A DNA stretch of 64,000 bases from Fimbriosthenelais zetlandica (GCA_977030845.1 OZ365118.1:16740001-16804000), one strand, 5' to 3'; shown: positions 1 through 13,544, counted from the first letter of the stretch. Notes: generated by a model from the sequence alone, not told the origin. Numbers and translations are program-made.

Positions 1-258
1 GAAAGTGGACACGGTGATAGCGTGAAGGGCAGTGCGGCAGCAGTTATATGAGGAAAAAGGACATTGGTGTAGGAAGCACTAATGCATTAATACAAGGCTT
101 GGGTGGGACTGTCGGGTTTGTCACTGTCACTATGTAGAACAAAAGTGTTTTTTGTGCTTAGGAGGGGCAGGGGTAGAATGTCAGAATCTAGAACGTTGCC
201 TTGACTTAGGGCCTGGATTTAAATAACATTCCCAATTGATGGTAATTCCAGTTTGATT

Positions 259-409
259 AGTACTATTGTGCAACTAGTACTCTTGAAGTTAACACTAAAG
301 TAATGCAATGGTTTAATACTCCTATTTTAGAACTCGTGATAGACTTGAGGCAATACTGGTTTGACAGTAGTACTAATAAGACTACACTAGTACTACTAGT
401 ACTAGTACT
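259..409. repeat. Cluster of six TAGTACT (AGTACT palindrome) copies, low-complexity
   Basis: AGTACT at 259, 276, 369, 389, 398 and 404, each preceded by T; the last three are nearly tandem. Confidence 0.65.
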
Positions 410-3400
410 TTTCAGTAGAGAATCCAAGACTTGTCCTATGATTAACAGTTGATGAAAGTGTTTTCTGTTGAAGCAGTTTTGCATCATTATGAGCCACCAT
501 TTCCTTTGTAGCCGCAAATAAAATTCTTCATGCCTGATCCCATGAGAAGATTTCTTTATGTTACACACGATTTTCAACACAGTGTAACAGCTCTCTAGAC
601 TGCCCATATATCCTGAATCAAAGAATACAAAAGGAGGCCATACATTCAGTGAAAACAGCCAGGGCATTTCTAAGATGGAGGACAAAAATATAAAAGAATA
701 TCCGATCCATTGTTATTGTACAGGGGTATTATACCAGATGGGTCCATTGCATGACTTTGCAAGCTTATTTCTATTGCTCATATTCTCTAGACAATAGGGC
801 TGTATTTTAGTTTCAATACCTCCTGATCATTGTCTCCAAGCAAGAGGTTAGATTATTAGACTCCTGATTCACAGCATGAGGTCCTACATATATAAAAGCT
901 TGTAGAACCTTATAACAAATATTTGTATTTGCCTTAATCAGGTAATTATTGCCAAATATGTATGATTCAAGAACATGAATTGAAGAGTATAGATCCACTA
1001 TTGTCCTATGAATTTCATAAAGACCCATGTCCACTGTTCCTAGCGTTTTCATCCTGTCAAAGAAATACTTCAGTGGAAAAGGAGCATTTAAGTATGTCCC
1101 CAAATTAGTTTTATTGACGACAGTTGATAAGATTTCAAGTATGCCATTAGCTGTGAATTTAATTGATGTGTTAGGAGGAGTTCTTCTGTAAGGAATGTGT
1201 GACAGGGGACTATTCATGTCATTACCTTAGACAAAAAACTCTGTCTCTGCTTCAGCTATACATTGCCTTTTTTTGCAAGAAACATTATAAAACCATTTGA
1301 CATCTTGCTGTCGTGAAGAACCAACACACACAAGCCAATCCAATAATGTCTATTATTACGACTACATGCCTGTTTACTGTTGATGGAGCTGTCACAAAAA
1401 ACTGACAGCGTGTGACAGAGGGAAGTCTTTTTTTCTCTGCTTTCCCTTTCTGAAATAAACCAACATAAAGCCCTCGTGTGTGACAAGCTGAATGTGTGAC
1501 TATTTTCCCTTGGTATTCTAGACCTACAAGCCACCATAGCCTTCCAGAGAAGGTTATATTATTTTTTTAGCAAGGCCAATGAAATTAGGATAATGGCGGC
1601 GACTATCTTTCCGCCTGGCTGTGTTTCCTTGGCGCTTGTCTATTGTAAATGTCGCTGGTTGAGGCTGAGCAGTCTTCGCCCTGACTATCACTGCCCTGCA
1701 GAAGTGAGCCAGCGATTGCCTTGTGTGCGACATGGCTGTTTTATGATAGATCTGACGCCGGCGACAATTGGCTCTGACACTGGGATTGACAAAGTGACAT
1801 GTCCCGTTGACAAGGCAAGGATCAGTGGAAAGCGCCTGCTCTATGGACCACTTCCTCCCCCATAGCTTCCACACCCCTTCCACGCCCTCTGGAAATGGCT
1901 TTAGAAGCAATACAAAGCTAAGGTGGTGTAAAAAGACTGAAAAAAGAGCTGTTTTGCTCTGTGATGGAAGGAAAGAATCCCCTGATAGGTCACAAGGGGT
2001 CAATATGATGAAGCAGAAGGTCGTTGGGGTTGTATACAAGCTGGAACTGACGGAGTGATACATCCCCCTGAGAGGGGGTGATGATTGATGGAGGGGTACA
2101 TAGCAGGGTATTTATATGGGCTAAGGTGGGGGGTGTTTGAAGGCACGTCAGCCGAAGCACAATTGTATATGGGGAGAAGGATATGACTGAGCCTGTAGTG
2201 CCTTCAGCGGAGAAATTGATTAGAGAAGTGTCAGGGGTTTGCATATGGCTATGCTAGAGTAGAGCGAGCTAGTAGGCAGATTGAATGACTTTAACAACAG
2301 ATCACTGCGTACTATTCAATGCACTATGCTGCTTTCAACCCCTTTCAATTACACAAGAATCGCTTTCTGTATGTCCTTCAACTATGTCCTCGACGTTTAA
2401 GGTTTCATATAGATCTTTCTGATTCAAATTTCGCATGATCTCGGGAATTCTAAAGAGATTCTTCTACATGATGATGATGTATTAGGCCGTTTGTAAATAA
2501 GCACATTATCTGAAGCCCTTGTATAATCATAGTCACCTTTAAAGACATGAATGCCCTAATTGACACTCCATTCATGTGTAGGAGAGCGAAATACAAAAAA
2601 AGATGCATCATTGTGTGAGTTCCTTTGATTTTCAAATTATCCCAAATGCGAATGGTTGGAATTGGTTTTCTATTCCTTCTAGATAAGTCTTGACAGAGAA
2701 TCATGAAAGGTCTGAATTCATCACTCTTTGGCGGACTGGAAGGCAAAAAGGCTCGAAATTAACGGTTCGCTTTCAGGCAATATTATAATCAGCGCGATAA
2801 AAATGAGTCTAGATATTTGCAGTAGCCTAAAGTGGCGGCGCACGAAGTGATTGAAACTACTAGTACGACATACATCATCTCTTGAAGCTTGAGGCTTTTC
2901 ATCCAACTTCTGCTTTATAGGAAATGCAGTTGATGTTAATACGAAACGTAGATAGTTACAAGTTTCAGGAAGCTACGTAAATGAAGTAATAATGCATTAG
3001 GGGGCCCCGAAAACCTATCTAGATAACATTTGTTGCCGATTGATATAAGGTCTCGGCATTAGTTTATAAATCCCCTTCGGGAAACTCTCATCCCACATGA
3101 GAAAGTTTCCTTCCTTTCTTGGCGCTGAATGCCGTTAGAGCACCTTTAGAATGCCTACACTATAGTATTGGTCTACATTATTGATGCCTCTTGACCTGAG
3201 CACAAGGACCTTGAATGGCGGGGCAATTGCTATGGAAGAGGATTCAGTCAAATGTAAATATCAATTACCCCAGGCCTGCTAATAGGCGATATCCCTATTA
3301 AGGCTTGATGATGGATGTTCTGGGGTTTCTGCTAATTTAGCAGATACTAAGGCCAATTAGGAAGTAATCACTAGTCCTCATTTGGTTCTGAATCGTACCA

Positions 3401-6400
3401 TTCTTGACCTTACCGGGCCACATCAGTTTCCGCCACCATTGAGCAGAGGTGTCACAAAAAGCCCGTGTATAACAGACCATGCCACCTGGTCCTGGCCTTG
3501 TGCCATGCCACCATTCATTCCCCCTCCGTCCAAGACATTTGCCAACACTGCTTGCTTGTCTGTATACACATGTATATACATTGTGGCTAAGGGGACTGGA
3601 AAACAGGCTGGCCTCTAACATTGCCTTCATATCCATTACTCAAGCTGGTAGTTAGACGCCATTGCCAGCCTCCATGGCAGCCTTCCCCTCCAGCCGCATC
3701 CCAAAGATAACATTCCACCATAACCCAAACTCATTTAACAATCCAAAGCAGGTCCTTATTCCCCCATAATTGGGATAGATTGCGGTAAGACGGTGTGCCT
3801 GTTACAGAGAGAATCGAATGGGGCTTGGATTGACTTAAGCCGAAAGCCTATGGCTGGCAATGGCCTTTTAAGGAGGGGCTGAGAGGCTGTGCTATGTCTC
3901 AAGGGGGACATACCATGACGTGGTCCATTCCACTAGCCAATGCTTCCACCCGACCCTTCCTCTTCCCCCTCCCCTACTCCTCCTCCTTTTCCTACCTACC
4001 TATAAGTTTTTTTTGCACTACTTCCTGCCCTGAGCTAAAATTCCTGCAGAGTGGCCTTCTTTCAGTTGCTGTGACCCGGTGGTCAGAATGTCCCCTGCTC
4101 ATGCAATTTGCTCTGGTTGTGCTCAAGATTTGCTTATCTGTGGCGTCAGTGGAGGGAGACTGTCATGACAGGACGTGAAGTACCTGAGATAAGGCTTGAC
4201 GCTGTCACTTAACCGACCTTTGCTCCTTTCACTTCTTCCATGTTTCCTTCCTCCAGGTTCCTCACGAGTGTGTTTAAGACCACCCTTCCATCTTCCACCT
4301 TTAAATAACCCAGTTTTTTAGATTGCCCATGGACAGGAGCATCCCCCTTTATTAGTCTTTGATGGCTCTGATTCTACTCATTTCCTAAATACTTGAACCA
4401 TTCTCACGAAATGGGCACAGGTCTGTTTTTCCCACCACCCCCACATTCACGACCTATCACCGACTATTCAGCATCTAGACAAGCAAAGAAACCTGGTGAT
4501 CGCCTTCCTGGCTGCCCCGTAAAGAGCGTCGATTAGGGAATAATCATGGTGTTTGTTCACTATTTGGCATGCAGAGCACAAGCAAGGAAGGGATTCGTTC
4601 GCACATCTGACGCCACCCCTGGCCCCCACACTCCACCCTAATTGAACTAATCGCCATCTCCCTGCCAACATTGCTTAAGTGAACACACCTGAAATCCATG
4701 ACATCCCCACTGCTAATCGACTGGAACTGTCGCTGCTTCCTCCAGTGTATTCAATCAGTATTGATTTAATAGTTAAACTTGCTTTACAAGGTAGAAGCTT
4801 CTCGTATATTCTATAGATCAAAACCATTTTTCCACTGTCGCGTTCATTTTCGTAATTAATAGATTATATTTTCTGTAATTATTATTATGCAAAGGGCAAA
4901 GGGCATAGGGCTACTTTTTCTTATTTCAATACTTTTTTTATTTCAATTTGAAGAAATTTGACAATTTCAGTAACACTTTTTATCCCTTGAGGATGGAAGT
5001 CACGGCCGTTTCCCCAAAAAGAAAACATCCTGAATGCAATAACAAAAGCAGGAAATTCCCTTAACGAAATCTAAATGTGACCTATTACTTTCTGTTGCGA
5101 TATTGTCATTCATTTCAAACTGAAATGACTTGTTAGATTAAAAGTTTTGCAATAAGGATATTAAAATGCAATAACAGATTAACTATCTGATTACTTTTCT
5201 CCATTAGTAATATTAAAACATTCGTTGTACATGAAACATGCAAATGAATCACAATAAGCAGAATAACCTTTAATATTGTAATTTAAAAATATGTAATACA
5301 TTTAAATAGGGTTCTCCCTAACCGTTATTCTGATAGTAGGCCTATTCAATTTAATTCCAGAATGCCTACGAGAATTTGATGAATCCAAGTTTTTCAAGAA
5401 AAGTTACTGTGATTAATTTTTTGTAATCCATTGTGGATACACTAGTTAATTAGATTTCTTTGACAGTGCTTATTCTAGAGAAAGTTCATCAACTAATAAC
5501 AGAAATATGTTCAACAATGCTGCTTAGTCTTATCAACGGAAAGTTGTTAAATTTATTTGGTGCTTCTGTTTTCTTAGCCGAGAATCAAAGGCATTTCAAG
5601 TACGTTTCTTTGGAAGGACTTGCCAAAGATCCTTTGCGCTGACAATGTATTCTCCTTGAGCACAACTTAGTGCAACTCCTGGGGCCCTAACACCTTCAAT
5701 ATCTTGCATTGTCTTTGCGTTACCATACATTAATCTGCCCTTTCAGCCTCACATCTTACATCCCTAACTGCCTTTTTATAGTGCCTCTTTTTTATATTGC
5801 CATTATCAGATCTATACTCACTGCCGAAAGTCAGTCAGTCCTTCCTTAACAGTGATAATACTACAGCAGTCGTTTTAGAGTGTGTTTGTGCCTACACACC
5901 CTTCCTTCTTAAGCCTTAGACAAGAACTCTAGAATGAAAAAAGTCCAATCAAGATGAAATCCTCTTATAGTCTTGGACTATTTGGTAGGCGTCGGATGTT
6001 CAGGTAAATCCAGCCAGAGTCTCCTCACGTTGGGCTGATCTCCATGGAGGCAGAGAAAGGAGGAGACAAAGCTTCCAGTTCACTGGAAGGGAGTCACGCT
6101 TTCCTGACGTACAATGGCTGGGATAAGAATAGACAAAGCAACTGTTGCGAAAAGATAAACTGAGATATCTACCCCGTCCCCAAAGAAAGACAGTATAAGA
6201 TCTGTGCTGTGAGGGCGACGAAGATGGAGGATCAAGGTTGCTTCTACACATACAGAAATGAGTTCAAGATGTCGTTTCTACTCATTTTCTCACGATTATG
6301 AAATACAAATCCTTGCCTGAAATGAAAAACAATAGATTAACTGGATTTATTGAAATATAAAGGTCATTGAAAAACGGCGCATGGAAAGAAAGGATGGCTG

Positions 6401-6699
6401 TTTTGAAGGCTTTAAGAAGGTCCTGGTAAAGCCATCATTTTGAGGAGAGCTGACGGCTTCTCCAGCCTTGCTCTTGTAGATTGTGCCTATTCTATCAATC
6501 CATGACCCTTTTATAATGACCTCTTCCTCCCCCTTCCGCCACTTGTTTCACAGACTGATGGCCAAGTTTTGATGACCTGACTGCTGGTGCTGTATTATCG
6601 CTCAGCCAGCGTTCTGGATCTGGTGAATATATTCAAGCATTCACTTCCGCTGTTTCATCATACACCTCAGGTACATGATGGATCTGCTGCTAAGAGATC

Positions 6700-6830
6700 A
6701 ACGCCTCTTCCTGCCTCAAGATGGCGTCATCAGCAACTCGGCGACACCGTCTGAGGCGTCATTAACATGCGTGAGAGGAGCGTTCTGACGTCGTATCTAT
6801 CGATCGGCCGGCACAGCCCGGCGGAAGGTT
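6700..6830 (+). promoter_or_regulatory. CpG-rich patch with YY1-type motif
   Basis: AAGATGGCG at 6718-6726 followed by locally dense CpG and a TGACGTC. Motif match only; no transcript evidence. Confidence 0.3.
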
Positions 6831-7214
6831 TTAAAGCTTAGGGGGCAGTGTATTGACACTTAGTGCCGTGTACAATCAATGAGCATGTTGGGGAAAGAGC
6901 AATAGCTCCAGCTTGTCCAATGCTGGCGAGGGTCATGAATTCAGAAAAGACAAGAGATGGAGAGACGGGCATTTAGGGCAGAATTTTGGCTATAAATACC
7001 AAAATGTCAGGTCGAATTTATAAGAGATACAATTGTCATAACCTTTAAGCATCTTCTTACTTTTGACATCTTGCTTCCTGATCCAGGGATAAAGTTTCCA
7101 TCAGAATTGAGATGATTGTCAGTGTATGTAGCCATCGGAGTTTGTTTGTGTGGGTAAACGCATTAAAATGCTTGCATTCCTGCAGACTGCTCCCGTCTTG
7201 TCAACCTCATTACC

Positions 7215-7309
7215 TGACGTCTCACTTCCTGTAAAACATTCCTCCACTTCCTGTAAACTTTGATACTTCTAATGACGTCATTTCCGTTTCAATAAGCGCC
7301 ATCTAGCGT
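7215..7309. promoter_or_regulatory. CRE/ETS motif cluster with a CTCF/YY1-like site
   Basis: TGACGTC at 7215; CACTTCCTGTAAA twice (7223-7235, 7245-7257); TGACGTCA at 7273-7280 followed by TTTCCG; GCGCCATCTAGCGT at 7296-7309 (minus strand ACGCTAGATGGCGC, CTCF-core-like). Confidence 0.4.
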
Positions 7310-10068
7310 CATTCCTAATCATACATACGCAATTGCTGCAGAAGGCAGGCAGTACTGTGGCAGCCAACAAGTGCTTTTTTCCCTCCACTTCGTTTTCGTT
7401 TTCCATGACAGAGCTTTTTTCTAATAAGATGTGATATTTTACAGGTTGGTTTAACATCAGGGGATCTCCAAGGGCTGGGCTTGCCCGGTGCCACTATCGT
7501 TAGGGTCATCGATTCTGTGTAGGCCTTCCTCCCCCGGCGAACATTTCTGCTTTACGTTATGTGTCCATAGCAACTGCAAAATCCCCCCATCGTCGTTGGC
7601 CCATCAGACCTAGAATTCCCTCTCCGTGCCATTATGGCAGGAGCTTTTCTTGAAATCAATGCAGCCAGAACCCGAGTGAAATCACTCTTTCAGATCTAAT
7701 AACAGTATAGATTAGGTAGGCATGGCGCCATTTGAGTAGCAATTTTTAATTTCTGCAGAAAACACTTTGTCCGGGAAAACCGAGATGGAATACATTCTAA
7801 TATAGGTAGAACTATTGATGGGCCTTCGTGGTTCGCCCACTTCAATCTTCTGATCGTTTCAAATTGTACCTGATTCAGTGGAAATGAGATTTCCATTCAA
7901 GTCAATACAGGCGAATGGGGGAAGTGGATCTCACCAACTTATCCTTCTACCACTGCATTTTTACTCCCCTTTAAAATGGGTAACTTCTAGTGTAAGGTTT
8001 GCTGCTTGTGAACAAAATTACTGGTGTTTAAACATGCCATAGTGCACATTTTGATGGACAAAGAATATCTTTCAAAGGTATTGCATGGCCCATTTTGATT
8101 ATGAAGACTGGTATATTCCATCTGAAATGATTTCATTAACCCAGGCTAACACCATATCTTGCCTTGAGTATATCTGAAGGCAGTCAGATGGTCTGATGGC
8201 TCGGTGCGTTCTCTCATATTATGATCATTTTGAGAGACGAACGCTTGTATAATCAAGACACAGATAAAGATCGAGATTGAAGTTGAGATTATGAAATGGT
8301 GGGCTTAACTTGGTGTCGTGGGACTGACGTCCTCTTACCAGAAGTACGCTTCCTCGTCACCATGTGTTATTTCATGTGCCTGTGCTGTATCCAACATGAG
8401 TAAGGATATGATTCTTTGAGCTAATGTGCATATATAGGAGGAATGAAATAATGAATGAGACGAAACTTAATTATAAGGCAACGCTTGCAGGTACCTAACT
8501 GTACCCATACAGAGACTGTGATGAGAATGTGAGCTTGAATGTTATGAGATGGGGTGCATGGACTGTAGTATAAGGTCGTTCTAATAATACTCTATATGTC
8601 TATATGGAATTCATCCTCTTTCTGACTTGCTGAAAGGATTTCACACATATATCCGACCTCCGCTGCTGCCATGACTACTTAGGTATTATATATTAGCTGC
8701 AGAAGGAACATTAGTGCGCACGATTTTAACTTTTGGGTTTTTCAAATAGTCCCTGCCTGCGGCATGCTATTTTGTTTGAGTTCCTAAGGAGAGATCTCTA
8801 ACATTTTGCTTCTATGCCTCTGTAGGCACTTCTAAAGTGTCCTTTCATAACCTTCGGGGCAAATTTTGACTTTCAATAGGTTCCATTTCTATAATAAGCT
8901 ATAGGCCTATAGGCTAAGCTGATAGAGTCTGCCTTATGATAGATGTTTATCGTGAAATATTTCAGCTTCTCAAAGCTAGGCTATGGATAAGAGGTTATTC
9001 CGACTCTGAGCAATGTTTTGCCGTTTGTATGATGGAAAATAGGCTTCGCTTTTTAATGGGTAAATTTGTAATAAAATTAAAAGAAATGTTACTGGCATTG
9101 ATCGATTGTCCCCGGGAGTCCCATCTGATATACGTTCATTCATTAAACGGGTGCCATGAAGAGAACGCCATTTTAAGAATAAATACCGGTATTAGCTGGA
9201 AATAAATGATGTATTTTACATCACAGATAAATGAGCTAAAATTCCCCGAGCTATAAAAGTAAGTGTGACGTCACAAGTAGTAGAATTTTTTCACTAAATT
9301 ACTTGACTACTCTGACTTGATTAAACTATAAACTATTTCATTTCAGAAATGCTTGATAGAAACTGGACAGAATGTTTCATAGAAGATGAGGTAGACTAGG
9401 TAAGTACATAGCCTTAGTATATCTAGTAAAACCCTACGTTTCCATTCCCTTAAATTAAGCCTTCTTCCGCCTGGTGTGGCCCAGCACAGGGAGTCTCCCA
9501 TTGAGAAACAAGTAAGGGACCATAAGGTAACTGAACAAACTTCCAACAAAACTAATATACCTCCATAGAGGAGGGAGAAAAAACAACCATATATAGATCC
9601 TCTACCTAATAGATTTGTTGCCTGGGATATATAGTTGCCAGGGGTACCGTTTGCTTTTGCATTAGACATATATACACCCCGTGTCTGTTTTATGTGAGCA
9701 TGAATATTCATCGGGAGAAATCCTTGAGGATATGGAGGGATATATCAGCAGCAGTGGCTGACTTCCGTCAAGGGAAAACATTAATAGACTTGGGAATTCT
9801 TCAGCCTTCTCAATTATGCGTGTCATGAGTCGGTAACTATAGGAATGGAAATATACCCACCTAGGTGGAAATACCAGATTAAATGTGGAGGAGGCATGAG
9901 TAAATAGGCCTGCCTCTTGCCACTGATGCCTTATATGCATAAGTATTATGGCTGCTGCATAAACGAAGCCACGCTCTTATACGACTGTTGCATAAGTGTA
10001 AATGTTTGGCAATGGCTTTCAATACTGAATAGCAGTACAATTTAAATTGCACATAAAAGGCATACAGT

Positions 10069-10194
10069 TTTATTGTTGGCGATTTTAATATGTGAAATGG
10101 AAACATTGGGCGATGAACCTTACCCATGTATACCCATTGTGGTCTGAGCCGCAGGAATATGTTTTGCGACATGTTAAGAAATGAGCCAACCCAT
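10069..10194 (+). mobile_element. Decayed LINE (CR1/L2-group-like) APE endonuclease relic
   Basis: One frame reads FIVGDFNM*NGNIGR*TLPMYTHCGLSRRNMFCDMLRNEPTH. The GDFN and EPTH motifs are about 35 aa apart, as in APE endonucleases of CR1/L2-type LINEs. Two in-frame stops. Confidence 0.5.
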
Positions 10195-12064
10195 AGTGTA
10201 GTCAATGTAGGTGGATGTTTTGCTTATTGAGAATATGAGAAGGATACACTTTATAGGAAGAGTACACTTTACATGTAGGGATGTATATGAGACATCCGGA
10301 CCATTGTCAACATCGTATATATACCGGATGTCAATCAAAATGCTGACACAGATAAGGGACGGTAATCATAGTACATACAGCCATGTGGATCAAAGTCATG
10401 ATGTGAAGTAATAGTATCCACTTAATGTGTCGCATCATTATGTGTTAGATTTCATGGCTTGATATTGTTAGAACTGTGTTGTTGAGGACTCAGGAAATTG
10501 ACAAATGGCTGCCAGAATCAGGATGAAACTGCTGTAGTGGAGTGGCGTTGAACCTGAGTGACTTGAAACTAGACGTGTGGAGCTAACTTATTACCCTTTA
10601 CTCAAATACAAAGTTTTGAACCTATGACCAGAGTACTTTAATTTTCCAGAACTAGAAGGATATCAATCGTGACTTGATGAAGACTATAGTCCAGCTGCTC
10701 TAGTTTAACGATGTGCTCATTGAGAGAGTCAGTGTAAAGCCGCAGCGATCTGTTGAAAATAATAAGCATGGGGTGGTCTACTCTGATTAATTAACACCCT
10801 AATCCATCTCCACTTAATTAGATATAGTTTCCCTGTCACGGAAGGAACAAACTATCGGAGGTGACCGACCCCAGTAAAGGCGTCAGGCAAATCAACATGA
10901 TGCCTTTGAAATATGGTGATTGCATAGAAGTGCCTGCTGCGGCTAACGAATGCCCCTGTTTGTCCTTTCCATGGGATCCTTCTATTTGTCATTGTATACC
11001 GAGTAGCGGGCCAGAGCTCCCCGGAGACGAATAAACGTCAAAATGTACACTTCATGTTCATGTTTATATAAGTGGAAAATAACGCATACACACTAACCAA
11101 ATGTCTGGTCTAACATTGGTATATATTGGGGGGAGGCATGGTGGATGGTCCACCATCTGATTAAAGCCCCTTCTATGGCATGTTATATGTCTGTCTCGCG
11201 TTATATATATGGCCCTTGTTTTCGCCGTTACTGTTGTTGCAATAATGGGGATTGTTTGTTCTCTGGCAGATGCTATGGTTACCATCTGTTGAGCCAGCAC
11301 CTCTTTGTCTGCCACACAAAACTGCGGCACTTTTCAGGATCGTAGCGCTGATTGATCTGGCCTGTCTGGACCAGGCCACTAATTGTGCCTTTTATTGTCT
11401 ACTTTAATCTTCTCACAATGTTTACTTGCATCCCCTCGCTCCATTTCTCTGCTATTTCATTCTCCCCCTCTACTTTACTTTCATTTAGTTTTCCACAGAT
11501 TTCCTCCATTGTTTCGCCACCTCTAGTGTCCTCGTGTCTACGAATAGAGAAGGACATTATAAGATCTTAAGGGATTTATTTATAAATGTATTTATTTAAA
11601 CTCAAGCAGTGTCTGAAAGCTGGTTCTATTTGAAGAAGTTTTCCACTTTTCAGTGAATCTCCTCTTACTTCAGAAAGCATATTATGAAGCCTGACTTTTT
11701 TGTCTTTTTAATGTCCGATGCTCCTTTAAGATCCCTCACTTTTGATGTCAATGGAATTCAACTCCTGACTGGGATATTTCCTGCATCTTCCCAATCAATT
11801 CGCCCACACGATTAACACATGGGGTTGTCATCTGAAACACACTATTATTGTGGGTTTTTAAGATTTAAAAAAAAAAACCTGCAATGCCGTGAGATCAAGT
11901 TCAGAAATCCCTTTGATCTCGGAGATTGTAATCCACACTGACGGGAAATAGGTCAGAAATGTGAACCTTGCCTATTCATGATGGTTCAAATGGGGCATTT
12001 GTCCCTGGCAAGTTTCATTATCTTCTGAACCTTCTGCAAAGCCACAAACAAGGAAGTGCGGTCT

Positions 12065-12462
12065 TGATCAGTTCATAAACAGCTAGAATAACGTCTGAGC
12101 TGATTATGGAGTCAAGATTGGCTTCGTCTTGTCAATTTACTGAAGTTACTTTTGAAATATACCTCTCTGTAGGTTTATGGATTTATCCCAATGTTTAAAA
12201 ACCATAGAGAATGGAAGAGAAACATGTGGTGGAGAACCAAAAACACTCATGAGCAGTTCATAACAGCTACAATCACCTGTGAGCAGATGTGAGCAGATCA
12301 GCAACTAATAGCTGAGCAAAGGCTAATTTATAGCATTGTCACGAAATGCGCCCATGTTTACTTACTTATCTTTATCCCATGGGAAGCTAGTGTGGGTAGT
12401 GGGAGTGCTCATGAGCATTTTATAAGAGCTATAATCACTTCTGAGCCGATGTGAGCAGATCA
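12065..12462 (+). repeat. Three diverged direct repeats (40/55/55 bp) separated by 141-bp and 107-bp spacers
   Basis: Copies at 12246-12300 and 12408-12462 match at 48/55 positions. The partial copy at 12065-12104 matches at about 33/40. Confidence 0.85.
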
Positions 12463-12600
12463 TGCTCGTTCTGAAATTCATACTTAGTACGATACCTTGC
12501 CCTCCATACCAAGTAAATCTCTACTAACCCACCTGCCCTCACTTCCCTCCTCCTTCCCATAACCAGGCCAAGGCATCCAGGCCCCATGTGTCCACTCTCT

Positions 12601-12633
12601 AACATGGCGGCACCCTATGGACGCCGCCATCTT
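12601..12633. promoter_or_regulatory. Inverted pair of YY1-type motifs
   Basis: AACATGGCGGC (12601-12611), an 11-nt spacer, then GCCGCCATCTT (12623-12633). TGCGCATG and a TCTGATTGG (CCAAT) motif lie within about 100 bp downstream. Confidence 0.45.
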
Positions 12634-13544
12634 GGTCTGACAGATTTATGCGCATGGAAACATTGATGAAATGCACATATCCAAGGTTAGGGAAGAGTCA
12701 TGCCCTCTCTACTGGTCTCTGATTGGTCCAGAATCTACCAGGAGGTGGGACAGAAGACCCAGAATGCGACAGAAGTCCATGGTAAAGATATCTATATGAT
12801 AAATACCATAATATGATAATACCCCTCCTTTCCTTCTAAACCTAAACCCCAATCTTATCAACACAAGTCCCATCACAGCCATCCCAGCTGTCATCTCTCC
12901 CCCTCCCTTACTCTTTTCCATCTCCAGTGACCAATCCTGTAATCTGGCATCATGCCCATACTTTGACTACTCCCTCTTCTCCCTTTCTCCCACCCCCACC
13001 CACCCTGCACCCCTCCTGCAGGGTAGCTTCAGGGAGATTCACCAGGGGCCAGTCCTATTAGCCTGTATGCATGCTGCGGCATATGACATGTAGGTACAGT
13101 TGTAGGTCTATAGTCTATGGACACACATCTATTGTCATACACAATTCCCAATCCGCCTGCCTGTTTTCCACCCAACGCCTGCAGAACTAACTCACCCACC
13201 CATATCACCCCAGCCAACTCCTATACCTCATGGCTTTTAATGCCTATGAACCGGACTGCGCATATCATTGGATTTACACGCCCCATAGAAGAAAGCCTTA
13301 ACCGGTGGACTGAAAGTGTACAATGTGTATATTGTCAAAGGAGAGTTAGTGTCCCTTTGCAGGTCATCTAGGCTGAAAACGTGTTCTCTTGATAAGAGAT
13401 TGTTTTACTTTTACTCGGAGCAGCCAGAGCTGGGAGTAGAGCAGGGGGCCTGCTGCTTGTGATCATACTGTACCACAGGACCTGGACCCCTCCAGGAGCA
13501 CTTTAACGCTGAGACAAGAGGCAAGGGATCTTCTTCCTCCACAG

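Noticed and set aside
263-2063. Longest ORFs (140, 134 and 169 aa, minus strand) as genes
   Set aside because: No recognisable domains. SIKFTA in 813-1217 recalls Penelope RT, but the expected downstream LPFLD/YRKPT motifs are absent.
7445-7520. SAM-domain-like peptide VGLTSGDLQGLGLPGATIVRVIDSV
   Set aside because: Resemblance too short and no clear donor site.
9347-9399. Exon with good acceptor and GTAAGT donor
   Set aside because: All frames contain a stop (the best frame ends in TAG at the donor); could only be a non-coding or poison exon.
10834-11048. Solo LTR (TGTCACG ... AATAAA ... ACA)
   Set aside because: No target-site duplication and no second copy seen.
12065-12462. CRISPR array
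   Set aside because: Only three diverged repeats, spacers of 107-141 bp, no cas genes, and a eukaryotic context.
13230-13350. L1 C-terminal zinc-knuckle-like YHWIYTP...CTMC
   Set aside because: Short, with stops and wrong His spacing; indistinguishable from chance.
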